64,000 nt of DNA from Laspinema olomoucense D3b (GCF_025370785.1 NZ_JAMXFA010000001.1:235902-299901), one strand, 5' to 3'; positions 53,912 through 64,000 are shown, counted from the stretch's first letter. Program-made: numbers and translations. The notes: generated from the letters alone by a model not told the origin.

Positions 53912-54600
53912 CACTTCCGGTCCGATCCCCTCCCCTGTGTCTTGGGGAGGGTTGAACCTAAAAAATAGAGACCACCCCGTCCCTTCGGGGCACCCCTCCA
54001 AGGGAGGGGAATATGCCCCAAAATTCCCCTCCCTTGGAGGGGTGCCCCGGAGGGGAGGGGAATATGCCCCAAAATTCCCCTCCCTTGGAGGGGTGCCCCG
54101 GAGGGGCGGGGTGGTAAATTCTAGCTAGTAATCAAGTATTGAGCTATGCTTCTTTACTCAAAAGTATATGTCTCTTCCCAATCTAGACACCACCCCGTCC
54201 CAATCTAGACACCACCCCGTCCCAGTCTAGACACCACCCCGTCCCAATTTAGACACCACCCCGTCCCAATCTAGACACCACCCCGTCCCAATCTAGACAC
54301 CACCCCGTCCCTTCGGGACACCCCTCCAGAGGAGGGGAATATGCCTGTATCCCCGGCCAGATAAAGCGATTGAACAATGCAAAAATTAATTGGGCTGGGA
54401 GTATGAAACAGCCCTATCTTGCCAAGGGGAGGGTTAGGGAGGGGTCTTCTTGACGCCCTTAAGGGCGTCAAGAAGAAAGAGGTTTCCCCGGCCTAAATAC
54501 AGGCGCGATCGCCTCATGAGAGTGCGTTATGTGGTGATTGCCAAAGAGAACCCCACCCTAACCCTCCCCAAGACACAGGGGAGGGGACCGGAGGTTCAGT
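53912..54600. repeat. ~690-bp intergenic composite element bounded by ~35-bp imperfect inverted repeats (ccggtcc..tcccctcccctgtgtcttggggagg at 53917 and its reverse complement at ~54565)
   Basis: Seen directly. Between the outer inverted repeats lie a ~50-bp self-palindromic direct repeat x2 (53990-54116), a 22-bp tandem array (54179-54310), a second inverted-repeat pair (54423-54445 / 54551-54574) and a perfect 32-bp palindrome (54445-54476). Confidence 0.6.
54179..54310. repeat. 22-bp direct tandem repeat x6 (caatctagacaccaccccgtcc) with no spacers
   Basis: Six consecutive units seen directly, two with single-base variants (cagtctag, caatttag). Confidence 0.9.
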
Positions 54601-54658
54601 TAAGGGTAAAAAAACTACTCTTGTAAGCCAACTCATCCGGGAGTTATCTCCACTCCAA

Positions 54659-56146
54659 TCACCCACGATTGTCGATTTGCGCCCGCTGTAAGCGTCCGGA
54701 AAAGTCTACATAGACGGTTTTCCATTCCGTAAACACATCCAGGGCCGCTGCCCCCGCCTCACGATGTCCGTTGCCGGTTTGTTTGACGCCTCCAAAGGGT
54801 AAATGGACCTCGGCACCAATGGTAGGACCGTTAATATAAGTGATTCCGGCTTCAATATCCCGTATGGCTTGAAAGGCCCGATTCACATCGCGAGTATAAA
54901 CCGAGGAAGATAAACCGTAGGAGGTATCATTGAGAATGGCGATCGCCTCCTCAAAGGAAGAAATTTCTATCAACGCTACCACCGGGCCAAAAATCTCTTC
55001 CCGCGCCACCCGCATATTCGGCATCACCCCATCCAGGATAGTGGGTTCAAAAAAGAAGCCTCCCGTGAGGGTTCCCTCCGTTGTGCGATTGCCGCCGATT
55101 AAAATTTTTGCTCCCTCTTGATGGGCGATTTTGATATACTCTTCAATGGTATTCAATTGCGTGGCATTGACAATCGGCCCGATGTCGGTATGGGGGTCTG
55201 TTCCGGGACCCAAACGGAGTTCCCGAGTGCGATCTAGCAGCATTTTGGTAAACTTATCCTTAATATCTCGATGCAGCAGGAGGCGACTGGTAGCGGTGCA
55301 CCGTTGCCCACTCGTGCCAAAAGCGCCCCAGATTGCGCCTTCCAAGGCTAATTCTAAATCTGCATCTTCCATCACCACCTGGGCATTTTTTCCTCCCAGT
55401 TCTAAACAAACCCGCTTGTGCTGTTTGGCGCAGATTGCCGCCACTTCTGCGCCGGTTTGTGAGGACCCGGTTAATGAAATTAAATTGACGTCACGATGTT
55501 CTACCAAGGCTTTTCCCGCTTCTTCTCCCAACCCATGCACCAGGTTAACGACACCCGGGGGAAATCCGGCATCATGGAAAACTTCAAACAGCAAGTGAGT
55601 CACCGCCGGAGTATCTTCCGACGGTTTCAGGACGATGGTATTGCCGCAGACTAAGGCAGGCATGGCTTTCCAACAGGGAATGGCAATGGGAAAGTTCCAA
55701 GGGGTGATTAAACCACAGACGCCGATCGGCATTCGCACAGTCATGGCAAATTTATTATCCATTTCCGAGGTGGTGGTTTGCCCGAACAGACGGCGACCTT
55801 CTCCGGCATAATAAAAGGCGCAGTCAATGCCTTCTTGGACATCTCCATTGGCTTCAGTCAGGGGTTTTCCCATTTCTTGGCTCATTAAATAGGCGAGTTC
55901 GGCTTTGCGATCGCACAATAATTCCCCGAAGCGGTATAAAAATTCGGCCCGTTCGGGTGCCGGAACTCGTCGCCAAGTGCGATAAGCATGGCGGGCGGCA
56001 GTCACGGCCATTTCTATATCAATATCGCCCGATCGCCCAAAGGTGGCAACCAGTTCGCGCCAGTGGGCGGGATTGCGACTTTCCATTGTTTCCCCAGAGG
56101 CGGGGGGCAACCAGTGACCATCAATATAATTCAGGCAAGTGTGCAT
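54659..56146 (-). CDS. NAD(P)-dependent aldehyde dehydrogenase
   Basis: Catalytic Glu motif LELGGKNA and catalytic Cys motif [10 protein letters not shown]. 495 aa. Confidence 0.85.
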   Translation of the reverse strand: MHTCLNYIDGHWLPPASGETMESRNPAHWRELVATFGRSGDIDIEMAVTAARHAYRTWRRVPAPERAEFLYRFGELLCDRKAELAYLMSQEMGKPLTEANGDVQEGIDCAFYYAGEGRRLFGQTTTSEMDNKFAMTVRMPIGVCGLITPWNFPIAIPCWKAMPALVCGNTIVLKPSEDTPAVTHLLFEVFHDAGFPPGVVNLVHGLGEEAGKALVEHRDVNLISLTGSSQTGAEVAAICAKQHKRVCLELGGKNAQVVMEDADLELALEGAIWGAFGTSGQRCTATSRLLLHRDIKDKFTKMLLDRTRELRLGPGTDPHTDIGPIVNATQLNTIEEYIKIAHQEGAKILIGGNRTTEGTLTGGFFFEPTILDGVMPNMRVAREEIFGPVVALIEISSFEEAIAILNDTSYGLSSSVYTRDVNRAFQAIRDIEAGITYINGPTIGAEVHLPFGGVKQTGNGHREAGAAALDVFTEWKTVYVDFSGRLQRAQIDNRG

Positions 56147-56178
56147 GATTAATCCGGGCTAAGATAGATAGAGACAGC

Positions 56179-57285
56179 TTACAACCAATGATGAGCTATC
56201 TCGATTCCCCGAGTTGTCATAATTGATTCAAACAACGGAGTGGATAAGGCTTGTTCTACGGGCCATACCCCAGGTTTGGTGAGTTTTCCTTTCAGCATCA
56301 GTTCGGCGATCGTCCCGGTGCCGATTCCGGTGGCAACAGCGGCGCTGTTATGAACTACTGCACTACAAAAGGTGGCGGGTTCTCCTGCGGCGTTTCGCCC
56401 GTTGACTTCCGATCGCACTGCCACCCCGGTCCCGCTAAATTTGTCGGTAACTCCCGTCATGCGGTAGCTAACTTGGGATAAAAACTCCACTACAGCGGAA
56501 TTTTTTAGGGCGGCGGAAGGCCATAAATTAGCCACCATCCAGGTTAAATGGTTGTACAAATCTGGGGAAGTGCCAAATTTGGTAATAGCAGTTTTGACCG
56601 GGAAGGAGTCGGGTAAGGTGAAGGCTTCTGGCATATCAAACCAGTAAACTCCCACCTTGCCGTAGGGTGGAGGAAATTCGATGGTTTCGCGATCGGTATA
56701 GGGTTTCACCTGCTTCCATTCCCCATCAATCCAGGCATCAAAGGGGTTTTGTAAGCCTAAAAAGGTGGTGCGCATGACCGTGACTCCCGCACCTCCTGAC
56801 CCACCGACAACATAGCTTAAATGGATGCGATCGGCTTCTTGAAGTTGTTCGACTCCTTGGCGAACCATACTATTAGAAATTCCGGGAAAAATGCCGGTAT
56901 TAATAATGGCGGTTACGCCTGCTTTTTCTGCGGCGTCTTGCAATGCCAGCGCCCTGCGGGTGAATCCTCGACTATCGCTTACATCGGTATAGTTGACGCC
57001 ACGATCGATGCAGAGTTGGAGGACTCGGGCATCGCGGTGATGGAAGGGTCCGGCACTATGGATGACGAGATCGCTTGCGGCGATCGCCTGTTCCAACTCG
57101 GCGCGATCGTCTAAATGTACCGCCCGAAACTGCACGCGATCGCCTAGGGTCTCCTCTACTGATTTTCCCGGTGTCTTGTCCCGTCCCGTTACCGTAATTT
57201 TTGCATCGGTATGGGTGACCAAATCTTGGGCAATGCTGCTGCCGATCCGTCCCCGTCCGCCAATAATCAAAACTCGTTGGGTCAT
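56179..57285 (-). CDS. saccharopine-dehydrogenase-family NAD(P)-binding oxidoreductase
   Basis: The N-terminal Rossmann QRVLIIGGRGRIGSSIAQDL ... VTGRD and the overall 368-aa length fit the Sacchrp_dh_NADP family. Confidence 0.65.
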   Translation of the reverse strand: MTQRVLIIGGRGRIGSSIAQDLVTHTDAKITVTGRDKTPGKSVEETLGDRVQFRAVHLDDRAELEQAIAASDLVIHSAGPFHHRDARVLQLCIDRGVNYTDVSDSRGFTRRALALQDAAEKAGVTAIINTGIFPGISNSMVRQGVEQLQEADRIHLSYVVGGSGGAGVTVMRTTFLGLQNPFDAWIDGEWKQVKPYTDRETIEFPPPYGKVGVYWFDMPEAFTLPDSFPVKTAITKFGTSPDLYNHLTWMVANLWPSAALKNSAVVEFLSQVSYRMTGVTDKFSGTGVAVRSEVNGRNAAGEPATFCSAVVHNSAAVATGIGTGTIAELMLKGKLTKPGVWPVEQALSTPLFESIMTTRGIEIAHHWL

Positions 57286-57579
57286 GGGTCTTTAATCCGT
57301 AACAATACCTTTATTGCAACATTTTTCTACAAATCTGGCATCTATACGAAGAAGGATCGCCAGGGACTGAGTACAGAAGGGGTTCTGGACTGGATTTGGG
57401 CCAAACTTCCCCAACACCAGGGGATCAAGCGCCACCCTCGCCCAACCCTTGAGTAATTGTGCCCTAAATTTGCCTTCGAGTAGGGGATTGATTGCTTCAA
57501 TATCACGTTTTTACAAAAATAGCTGCCCTAAATTTAGGGCAGCGATAGAACATCCTTCAGGGAGGGGGGGTTTGCATCA

Positions 57580-58896
57580 TCAGGAGCGATCGCCCCGGAG
57601 GGTTACCTTTCTTTTCTCGACCTTCGACTCATACCAATTCATCAACGGAGTCGCACTAATTCCATGCACAATGGCCGAAATCACGAGGTTCAGAAAAACA
57701 ATCCAAGCGATTTTTTCCCCCGTTTCTCCTTCTAACCCTTTGCCCAGCGCATAAGCCAGATAATACACTGAACCTACACCCCGAACCCCAAACCACCCCA
57801 TCAATAACCGTTTTGAACGATGAAAATTGGAGCCAATGGTACTAATCCAAGTTCCCACGGGACGAATGATAAACAACAAAAATACCGCGACGATTAACGC
57901 ATCTCCAGCAAATTGTAAACTCGGTTCTATTCTCAGCAGAGAACCGACTAACAAGATAGTTACCACCTCTAGGAGTTTTTCCACCCGTTCCGTTAATCTT
58001 AGTTGAGCCTCGGTTCGTTCTGAATCGCGGCTGTAGCTTCTGCGGACTGTTACTCCGGCAACAAATACCGCGAGAAACCCATATCCATTAATCACTTCTG
58101 TTAGGGAATAGGCCAGGAAAATTGTACTCAACGCAATAAAATCGTGCATGAGTTCATCCACGGGACGAACACGATGCAATTGTTTTTCGAGCCAAACAAT
58201 GGCCAAAGCTACGACAATTCCCATGCCGATACCAGCGGCGATCGCCCAAATTAAATCAATCACTAACCACTGATAAATCCAGTTATTGACATTGCTATCT
58301 TTTAATGCATATAACCCAAAATAAACAAAGGGAAAAGCCAAGGCATCATTTAAACCCCCTTCAGAGGTTAAGCCAAAGCGCAGTTCATCTTTATCTTCAA
58401 CATGGGACAGTTGCACTTCTGATGCCAAAACCGGGTCGGTGGGAGCAAGAATTGCCCCGAGTAAAATCGCCGCCCCCCAATCCAAGCCCAAAAATAAGCG
58501 CCCGACCACTGCGAGCGCTACAATAGAAATTGGCATCAAAAATCCAATTAATCGGGCTGTGGTCTGCCAAGCCCACAACTTAAGCGGGCGATTCATTTTT
58601 AGCCCACAACTAAACAAGGAAATAATTACGACTAATTCACTCAATCGCTCCAGAAAATTGGCATCTGGGCGCACCATAATTAATCGGATTCCATAAGGAC
58701 CCATGAAAATACCAACAACTAAATAAATCAGGGCATAAGAAAGCGGCAACCGCTTAATCCACCCCGAAAATACCGTTACTGAGAGCAGTAACAAACCGAT
58801 AGCCAGCAAATTGAAAATGTAAACGTCTATCAAAGCGATCGCTCCTATTTTATTAATCGATGAAAGCAACAAAAAATTAGCGTAACCAGCCACCAA
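57580..58896 (-). CDS. Na+/H+ antiporter of the NhaP/CPA1 type
   Basis: Polytopic membrane protein with the CPA1 hallmark GAILAPTDPVLASEV (TDP motif) and R in the FGVRG context. Confidence 0.8.
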   Translation of the reverse strand: MVAGYANFLLLSSINKIGAIALIDVYIFNLLAIGLLLLSVTVFSGWIKRLPLSYALIYLVVGIFMGPYGIRLIMVRPDANFLERLSELVVIISLFSCGLKMNRPLKLWAWQTTARLIGFLMPISIVALAVVGRLFLGLDWGAAILLGAILAPTDPVLASEVQLSHVEDKDELRFGLTSEGGLNDALAFPFVYFGLYALKDSNVNNWIYQWLVIDLIWAIAAGIGMGIVVALAIVWLEKQLHRVRPVDELMHDFIALSTIFLAYSLTEVINGYGFLAVFVAGVTVRRSYSRDSERTEAQLRLTERVEKLLEVVTILLVGSLLRIEPSLQFAGDALIVAVFLLFIIRPVGTWISTIGSNFHRSKRLLMGWFGVRGVGSVYYLAYALGKGLEGETGEKIAWIVFLNLVISAIVHGISATPLMNWYESKVEKRKVTLRGDRS

Positions 58897-59156
58897 TTGA
58901 GATAAATAATTATCTCCCTAACTCCAGAAATCATGCTTTCGATTTGTGGGTTAAATAGGATTTCACTAAAAAAACCATAAACCTTCCGGCTTATGGTTCC
59001 TTAGAAGAATGAGATGCCATAGCCCTCCCCAATGCCTTGGGGAGGATACCGGAGATTGAATCAAGCTCTTGATCAGCACATTAGACGGGTAAAGCCGGGT
59101 ATTTGTTAGGTCTTTAGATTCGTCCCCAAAATCTTGAACTCAACAATTCATCCGCA

Positions 59157-60854
59157 TTAACTGGACAAATTAAACACAGAACTTGCCATTGATTTGACCG
59201 AATTGGTCGCATCTTTTAAGGTTTGGCTCATGGGTTGCTGTTGGAATAAGAATACGCGGGCACAATTCCGTCCGGGCATTCCCGAAATTGAACCACCGGG
59301 ATGAGTACCAGCCCCAGTTAAAAACAACCCATCAATGGGGGTTTTGTAGTTGGCAATTTCGGGCAGGGGGCGGAAGAAAATCATCTGGTCTAAGGTCATA
59401 TCAATATGGTAATGATTTCCCTTATAAGACCCGAGGCGAGCGCCCAATTCTGCTGGACTTTCGACCCGTCGCGCAATAATGGAACTCTTGAGATTCGGTG
59501 CATAATCGGACAGTTTATCAATCAGGCGATCGGCCACTTTGTTTTTGAGTTCATCGGTCCATCCGGTGCCATTTTGTCCGGTTCCTTCTGCACCATGAAT
59601 CTGATAAGGGGCGAAGAATTCCACCCAGAGGGTATGCTTTCCTTCCGGGGCCATTGATGGGTCAAGAACGGTGGGAACTACCGCATACATGGAGGGATTT
59701 TCATCAGGAACTACGCCCAGTTGACAGAGACTATGACCTTCTTCCACATGATGAACGGAATCGGCAATAACGACCGAGCCAATTAAATACTCATCTTGGT
59801 GATTATAGGCTTCAAATCGGGGTACTTCTGAGAGGGCGCAATCCAGCTTGAGGATGCTTTCATTGTTGTTCACAATGCGGCGATCTACGCGATCGCGTAA
59901 GTTGGGGTCGGCGGCGTTAACCTCTCCTGGATCAAGCAGATCCAAAAAGACTCGTTTGGCATCAATATTAGAAATAACCCCTTCTTTGGCGCGGTATTCT
60001 TGTCCTCCATCCACGCGGACACCGACGGCGCGACCATTATCCACTAAAATTCGTTCAACACCGCGATCGCACAGAATTTCACCGCCGAGACTGGTAACTC
60101 GATTCACTAATGCTTGAGTGAGTGCGCCGGTGCCTCCTCGGGGTCTTGCCATACCAGGGTGATGGCGCATTGCCATCATAATTGCACCCACAGACATCCC
60201 CTTTTGTGAGGGAGGAATGCTCATTTCGGCGGCGAGTCTAGCTAAGGGTGCTTTGACGACTTCTGTATCAAACCATTCCTCTAACATATCTTGAGGACTA
60301 CTGAGCATGGTTCGGGCAAAATCTAGGATTTTATCGGGGGTTCCCAGTAAAGACAGAAGGTCTTTAATTTTATCAAAATTATAATTGCCGGTGATATCGA
60401 TAATGGATTTAGGCGGGGCGTTAAAAATGGGGGTTATTGCATTGAGAACTCGCTGCCAATAGTGGACAAATTCTCCATATTTCTGGGCGTCGCGCTCACT
60501 ATAGCGGGCAATCTCACTACAGGTTTTGTCTACGGATTTATGTCCGAGGAAGTATTTCCCATCCGGTTGCGGACAAAAGACGACCGGATCGCAATACAGA
60601 TACTCTAATCCGTATTTTTCGAGTTCTAATTCTTCCACCACTGGCCCCAGATGGATAAATTCATGGTCAATCGCACAGAGGTTAAATTTAAACCCCGGTG
60701 CTTCTTCGGGTAAAGATTCTTCCGTGGTTGCTGCACCCCCGGGAACTGAGCGTTTTTCTAAAAGTAAAACACTTTTACCCGCCTTTAAAAGGTACGCAGC
60801 ACACACTAAGCCATTATGACCGGCTCCAATTATAATCACATCGTACTGGGACAT
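59157..60854 (-). CDS. FAD-dependent oxidoreductase of the phytoene desaturase / CrtI-like amine-oxidase family
   Basis: The N-terminus YDVIIIGAGHNGLVCAAYLLKAGKSVLLLEKRSVPGGAATTEE is the dinucleotide-binding motif of the CrtI/retinol-saturase family. 565 aa. Confidence 0.7.
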   Translation of the reverse strand: MSQYDVIIIGAGHNGLVCAAYLLKAGKSVLLLEKRSVPGGAATTEESLPEEAPGFKFNLCAIDHEFIHLGPVVEELELEKYGLEYLYCDPVVFCPQPDGKYFLGHKSVDKTCSEIARYSERDAQKYGEFVHYWQRVLNAITPIFNAPPKSIIDITGNYNFDKIKDLLSLLGTPDKILDFARTMLSSPQDMLEEWFDTEVVKAPLARLAAEMSIPPSQKGMSVGAIMMAMRHHPGMARPRGGTGALTQALVNRVTSLGGEILCDRGVERILVDNGRAVGVRVDGGQEYRAKEGVISNIDAKRVFLDLLDPGEVNAADPNLRDRVDRRIVNNNESILKLDCALSEVPRFEAYNHQDEYLIGSVVIADSVHHVEEGHSLCQLGVVPDENPSMYAVVPTVLDPSMAPEGKHTLWVEFFAPYQIHGAEGTGQNGTGWTDELKNKVADRLIDKLSDYAPNLKSSIIARRVESPAELGARLGSYKGNHYHIDMTLDQMIFFRPLPEIANYKTPIDGLFLTGAGTHPGGSISGMPGRNCARVFLFQQQPMSQTLKDATNSVKSMASSVFNLSS

Positions 60855-61206
60855 GAAAAAAACTCCTGTAAAATTCCCTCGTTATGCTCTGAATTTTACA
60901 AAACTTAATCCTCCCGTGGATTCTACCTCCAGAAAGATATTCTGGCAGCAGGGGGATGATTTTTGAGTGATTCTGTCCCATAAAAAAATGAGTCAATCTA
61001 TGGATTCTTACAGAAATTCATGCTATATTAAGTGCTGATTTAAGATTGAAGGCGATGGAGCTCGCCATAACCGCCGATTCAGCGATCCCGATGGGGGGCT
61101 GAAGGGCTGATGGCTCCTACCTGTCCGGGCTGAATGCCGGGAGGTAGGGCGCGTGCTCAATCCACTCCTGGATCAGCCACTCTACACCTGTTCAGGAGCA
61201 TGAGCC

Positions 61207-62853
61207 ATGTTAATCAGTACCATTTGGATCTTAGGGATGGGCTTTTTTGCGGGTCAATTCGCCCGTCGCCTCGGTGCACCCCCGCTCATTGGCATGATTT
61301 TGGTCGGAATCATCCTCGGTCCGGAAGTGGGAAATCGCCTAGAACCGGGAATTCTCGCCGCTGCCGATGATTTAAGGACCCTGGCGGTGATGATTATCCT
61401 GATGAAAGCCGGACTCGGACTCGATCGCGATAAGCTGGCGCAACAGGGAAGCGTGGCCCTGCGATTGGGCATTTTACCCGCTATCCTGGAAACCGGGGCG
61501 ATCGCCATTGCTTCTATGTTTCTCTTCCAATTTGACCTCTTAACCGGGTTGCTCCTCGGTTGCATTATTTCCCCCGAATCTCCCGCCGTCATTGTCCCGG
61601 GAATGTTGCGTCTCAAACAATTGGGTTGGGGCGTCAAAAAAGGCATTCCCGATGCCATTTTAACCGGGTCTGCCCTTTCCGATGTTGTACTCTTACTACT
61701 CTTCAGTTTACTGTTAAATTTTTTACAACAAGGCGAAACCACGCCGGAAATTCGCCTCTTGGGTCTGGCCTTACATCCACTGGTTTTACTTCCCCTGCAA
61801 GCGATTATGCAGGTAGTTTTAGGAACCCTTGCCGGTTATTTAGCCGCCGAATTATTAGTTTCCCTGCTAGAACGGCAAAGCTGGAGTAAAAATCCCGTCC
61901 ACGATGTTTTAATTACCTCAGTCTTAGCCGCCTTTACCGTGATTGCTGCTCGCGAATTTCCTTACTTTTCTGGTTATTTAGCCGTGATGTCGATGGGATT
62001 CTTTTTAATCAAACTGGATGCACCCCTAGCCCGCCGACTCCGCAATGGATTTAATACCCTGTGGATTGTGGCAGAAATTGTTTTATTTGTGTTAATGGGA
62101 GCCAGTATTCAATTACAAGTTTTGGGAGAAATGTTCTTACCGGGGTTGACTATTTTAGCCGTGGGTTTATTAATCGGGAGAACCCTGGGGTGGACACTTT
62201 CCACCGTAGGAAGTAATTGGACTTGGCAAGAAAAACTGTTCCTCTTGCCCGGAAATTCAGCAAAAGCAACAGTACAAGCGGCCTTGGGTGCATTACCTTT
62301 AGCCTACGGCATTGAAGGGGGTGAAATTATTTTAGCCGTTGCCGCCTGGGCAATTTTATTGACCGCTCCTTTGGGGGCTTGGGCAATTCCGACTTTTGCT
62401 CCAAAATTGCTTAAAAAAGGAGCAGTAGATCCAACAAAAGTGACGGTTGAGGGTCGGACTCTATTTTTGGCAGTGGTGGAGAGTTCCCCTCGGGCTATGG
62501 CAGTTTTGAAACAAACAGCAGATTTAGCTCGCCGTAGTCATGGAGAGGCGATTGTTTTGTATGTGTTCCCGGAAGAAAATTTAGGAGAAATTCAAGCAAT
62601 TCAGGAGATGATTCAGGAAGTTTTAGCGGATATTCGTCATCAGTTTATTACCCAAAAAGGTGCAGTGTTAGAAACAATTCTGGCTTGGTCGCAAGCTCAT
62701 CCGGTTACCGCCATTGTAGTGGAAAAATCCCCTAATTCTGAGGGAGAAGGGGTGGCAGTAGAGTCGGTTTTAAAAGGGGTTTTACGGGGGAGCCGCGTTC
62801 CAGTTTTGGTGGTATCAAACTCAGATATGGACGAGGAAACTCATCACAGTTAG
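61207..62853 (+). CDS. cation/proton antiporter (Na+/H+ exchanger family) fused to a C-terminal universal-stress-protein-like domain
   Basis: About 12 TM helices, then a soluble domain whose C-terminus GSRVPVLVV is UspA-like. Confidence 0.7.
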   Translation: MLISTIWILGMGFFAGQFARRLGAPPLIGMILVGIILGPEVGNRLEPGILAAADDLRTLAVMIILMKAGLGLDRDKLAQQGSVALRLGILPAILETGAIAIASMFLFQFDLLTGLLLGCIISPESPAVIVPGMLRLKQLGWGVKKGIPDAILTGSALSDVVLLLLFSLLLNFLQQGETTPEIRLLGLALHPLVLLPLQAIMQVVLGTLAGYLAAELLVSLLERQSWSKNPVHDVLITSVLAAFTVIAAREFPYFSGYLAVMSMGFFLIKLDAPLARRLRNGFNTLWIVAEIVLFVLMGASIQLQVLGEMFLPGLTILAVGLLIGRTLGWTLSTVGSNWTWQEKLFLLPGNSAKATVQAALGALPLAYGIEGGEIILAVAAWAILLTAPLGAWAIPTFAPKLLKKGAVDPTKVTVEGRTLFLAVVESSPRAMAVLKQTADLARRSHGEAIVLYVFPEENLGEIQAIQEMIQEVLADIRHQFITQKGAVLETILAWSQAHPVTAIVVEKSPNSEGEGVAVESVLKGVLRGSRVPVLVVSNSDMDEETHHS

Positions 62854-63017
62854 AGCAATTTTCTTCGGGAATTTACCCCTTTTCAAGGGAGAAGTAAGGG
62901 GGTTTTGTAGGGGGTTTTAGAATTTAGCAAAGGGTCAGAAGTAGGGGCAATCTCTACCCAACTGCTGACCCAATGGAAACAAGGGAAAACCTGGTCCGTA
63001 AAAAAAAGCCAAAAAAG

Positions 63018-63046
63018 CTTGACCTGTTTTCTGAAGAGTGGTATAA
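63018..63046 (+). promoter_or_regulatory. sigma70-like promoter with extended -10 (TTGACC, 17 nt spacer, TGgTATAAA), about 600 nt upstream of mgtE
   Basis: ttgacc at 63018-63023 and tggtataaa at 63038-63046, seen directly. Confidence 0.35.
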
Positions 63047-63649
63047 AAAAAAAGGGCTTTCAGAACTCTCTGAACTTCCCGGTCTTAAATGCAACTTAAA
63101 CAAGTAAGGAATACTCAAGTGGAAAGCTCTGGTAGTAGTTGTATTGCAACGATTACTCAGGCAGACTCAATGGCTGACGAGCCTTTAGATGAACCTCGAC
63201 CGTTTCTCCACAACCGGGCGGTCTAGTCAGTGAAATGACCTAGTGTGACTCCACCTGCGAGTTTTCTGGTTCATCTCGTGACCCCCGGGTAAGAGGGCGG
63301 TCATGTTAGGAATGGAGATGAATCATGAATTACCGATCGCTTAAAGATTTAAAGGAAGAGTGAAGGTTAGGCTAACCAACAGGTAGCTTAACCCAATTCC
63401 GGATGCAAATTTAAAGTCCTTGTTACTGATTTCGGTTAGTATTTGGGGTCGCGATCGCCAATGGAAATCAAACCATTGGTCAATCGCGGACTAGATGCAC
63501 TTGGGACTATCATGAATGGGAATTCTGCAACAGCGATCGCAACAAACCCGAGATTTTGTTGCCCGATTTCTGCTGCATTAGACCCGATCGCTTGGGGAAA
63601 ACACCCCCCAACCACACTCGGAAATAGAGAACCGATTAGAGAGTGGCTT

Positions 63650-64000
63650 ATGAATGATAATAATACCGAATTGCCGTCCGTCCAGCGGACAAGCCGAGAA
63701 GAATTGCGGGAACTGGTGCGATCGCAATTGCAGGCATTACTCGAACAAAATAACCTCAAAGGTGCTAAAGCCTTGCTAGTTCCGGTGCAACCGCCAGATA
63801 TCGCCGAAGCGATTGAAGGATTACCCGAAACCATGCAAGCGATCGCCTTTCGCTTGTTGTCAAAAGAAGAGGCGATCGAAGTCTATGAATATCTCGACTC
63901 TAGTATTCAATATGCCTTAATCGAAGAATTTAAACGCCAGGATGTTTTAGATATTGTCGGTAAAATGTCCCCAGATGATCGCGCCCGCTTGTTTGATGAA
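63650..64000 (+). CDS. mgtE: magnesium transporter MgtE, N-terminal domain only (gene continues beyond window end)
   Basis: PPDIAEAIEGLPETMQAIAFRLLSKEEAIEVYEYLD...QDVLDIVGKMSPDDRARLFDE matches the MgtE_N helical domain pattern. Confidence 0.65.
   Translation, partial: MNDNNTELPSVQRTSREELRELVRSQLQALLEQNNLKGAKALLVPVQPPDIAEAIEGLPETMQAIAFRLLSKEEAIEVYEYLDSSIQYALIEEFKRQDVLDIVGKMSPDDRARLFDE

Noticed and set aside
53817-54128. 103-aa + strand ORF in the intergenic repeat region
   Set aside because: Its sequence is generated by the 50-bp palindromic direct repeats (the SLGGVPRRGGEYAPKFP block is duplicated exactly). It is a repeat artefact, not a gene.
54179-54310. Possible CRISPR array
   Set aside because: The 22-bp units are directly contiguous with no spacers, and there are no cas genes in the window. 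It is a simple tandem repeat.
63436-63834. 132-aa minus-strand ORF
   Set aside because: It overlaps the motif-supported mgtE N-terminal domain on the opposite strand and has no recognisable features.

Overview
The octamer GCGATCGC (HIP1) occurs dozens of times, so this is almost certainly a chromosomal segment from a cyanobacterium, probably a filamentous type. It is gene-dense, about 50 protein genes, with no rRNA, tRNA, CRISPR array or transposase detected. It mixes housekeeping genes with clearly accessory loci. Housekeeping genes include ureC, Mn-superoxide dismutase, ribokinase, glycogen debranching enzyme, a PEP-synthase-like protein, aldehyde dehydrogenase and Na+/H+ antiporters, with mgtE partial at the 3' edge. 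The notable content is: (1) a near full-length homolog of the eukaryotic major vault protein (882 aa) next to a VapBC-like toxin-antitoxin pair. (2) An AT-rich two-gene cassette encoding an ABC-type AAA15 ATPase overlapping a small DUF4276/TOPRIM-like protein, a split OLD/PARIS-like defence candidate. (3) An 11-kb signalling block on the + strand: a multi-PAS hybrid kinase; an ethylene-receptor-like hybrid kinase with duplicated kinase-receiver modules; and an operon of CheY-like regulator, CheC-like phosphatase and PAS hybrid kinase. (4) A two-partner-secretion (TPS) exoprotein, a SWIM-finger protein, three tandem paralogous small membrane proteins and, further on, a CHAT-domain protein with tandem peptide repeats. 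(5) A ~690-bp intergenic element bounded by inverted repeats that contains nested palindromes and a spacer-less 22-bp x6 tandem array. (6) A partial thiF-like / hypothetical / kptA operon at the 5' edge. (7) Two separated gene pairs (aminotransferase + DUF1338/HglS-like; saccharopine-dehydrogenase-like + aldehyde dehydrogenase) that together resemble a lysine catabolic route. All calls come from reading the six-frame translations and the nucleotide sequence; no database search was possible.
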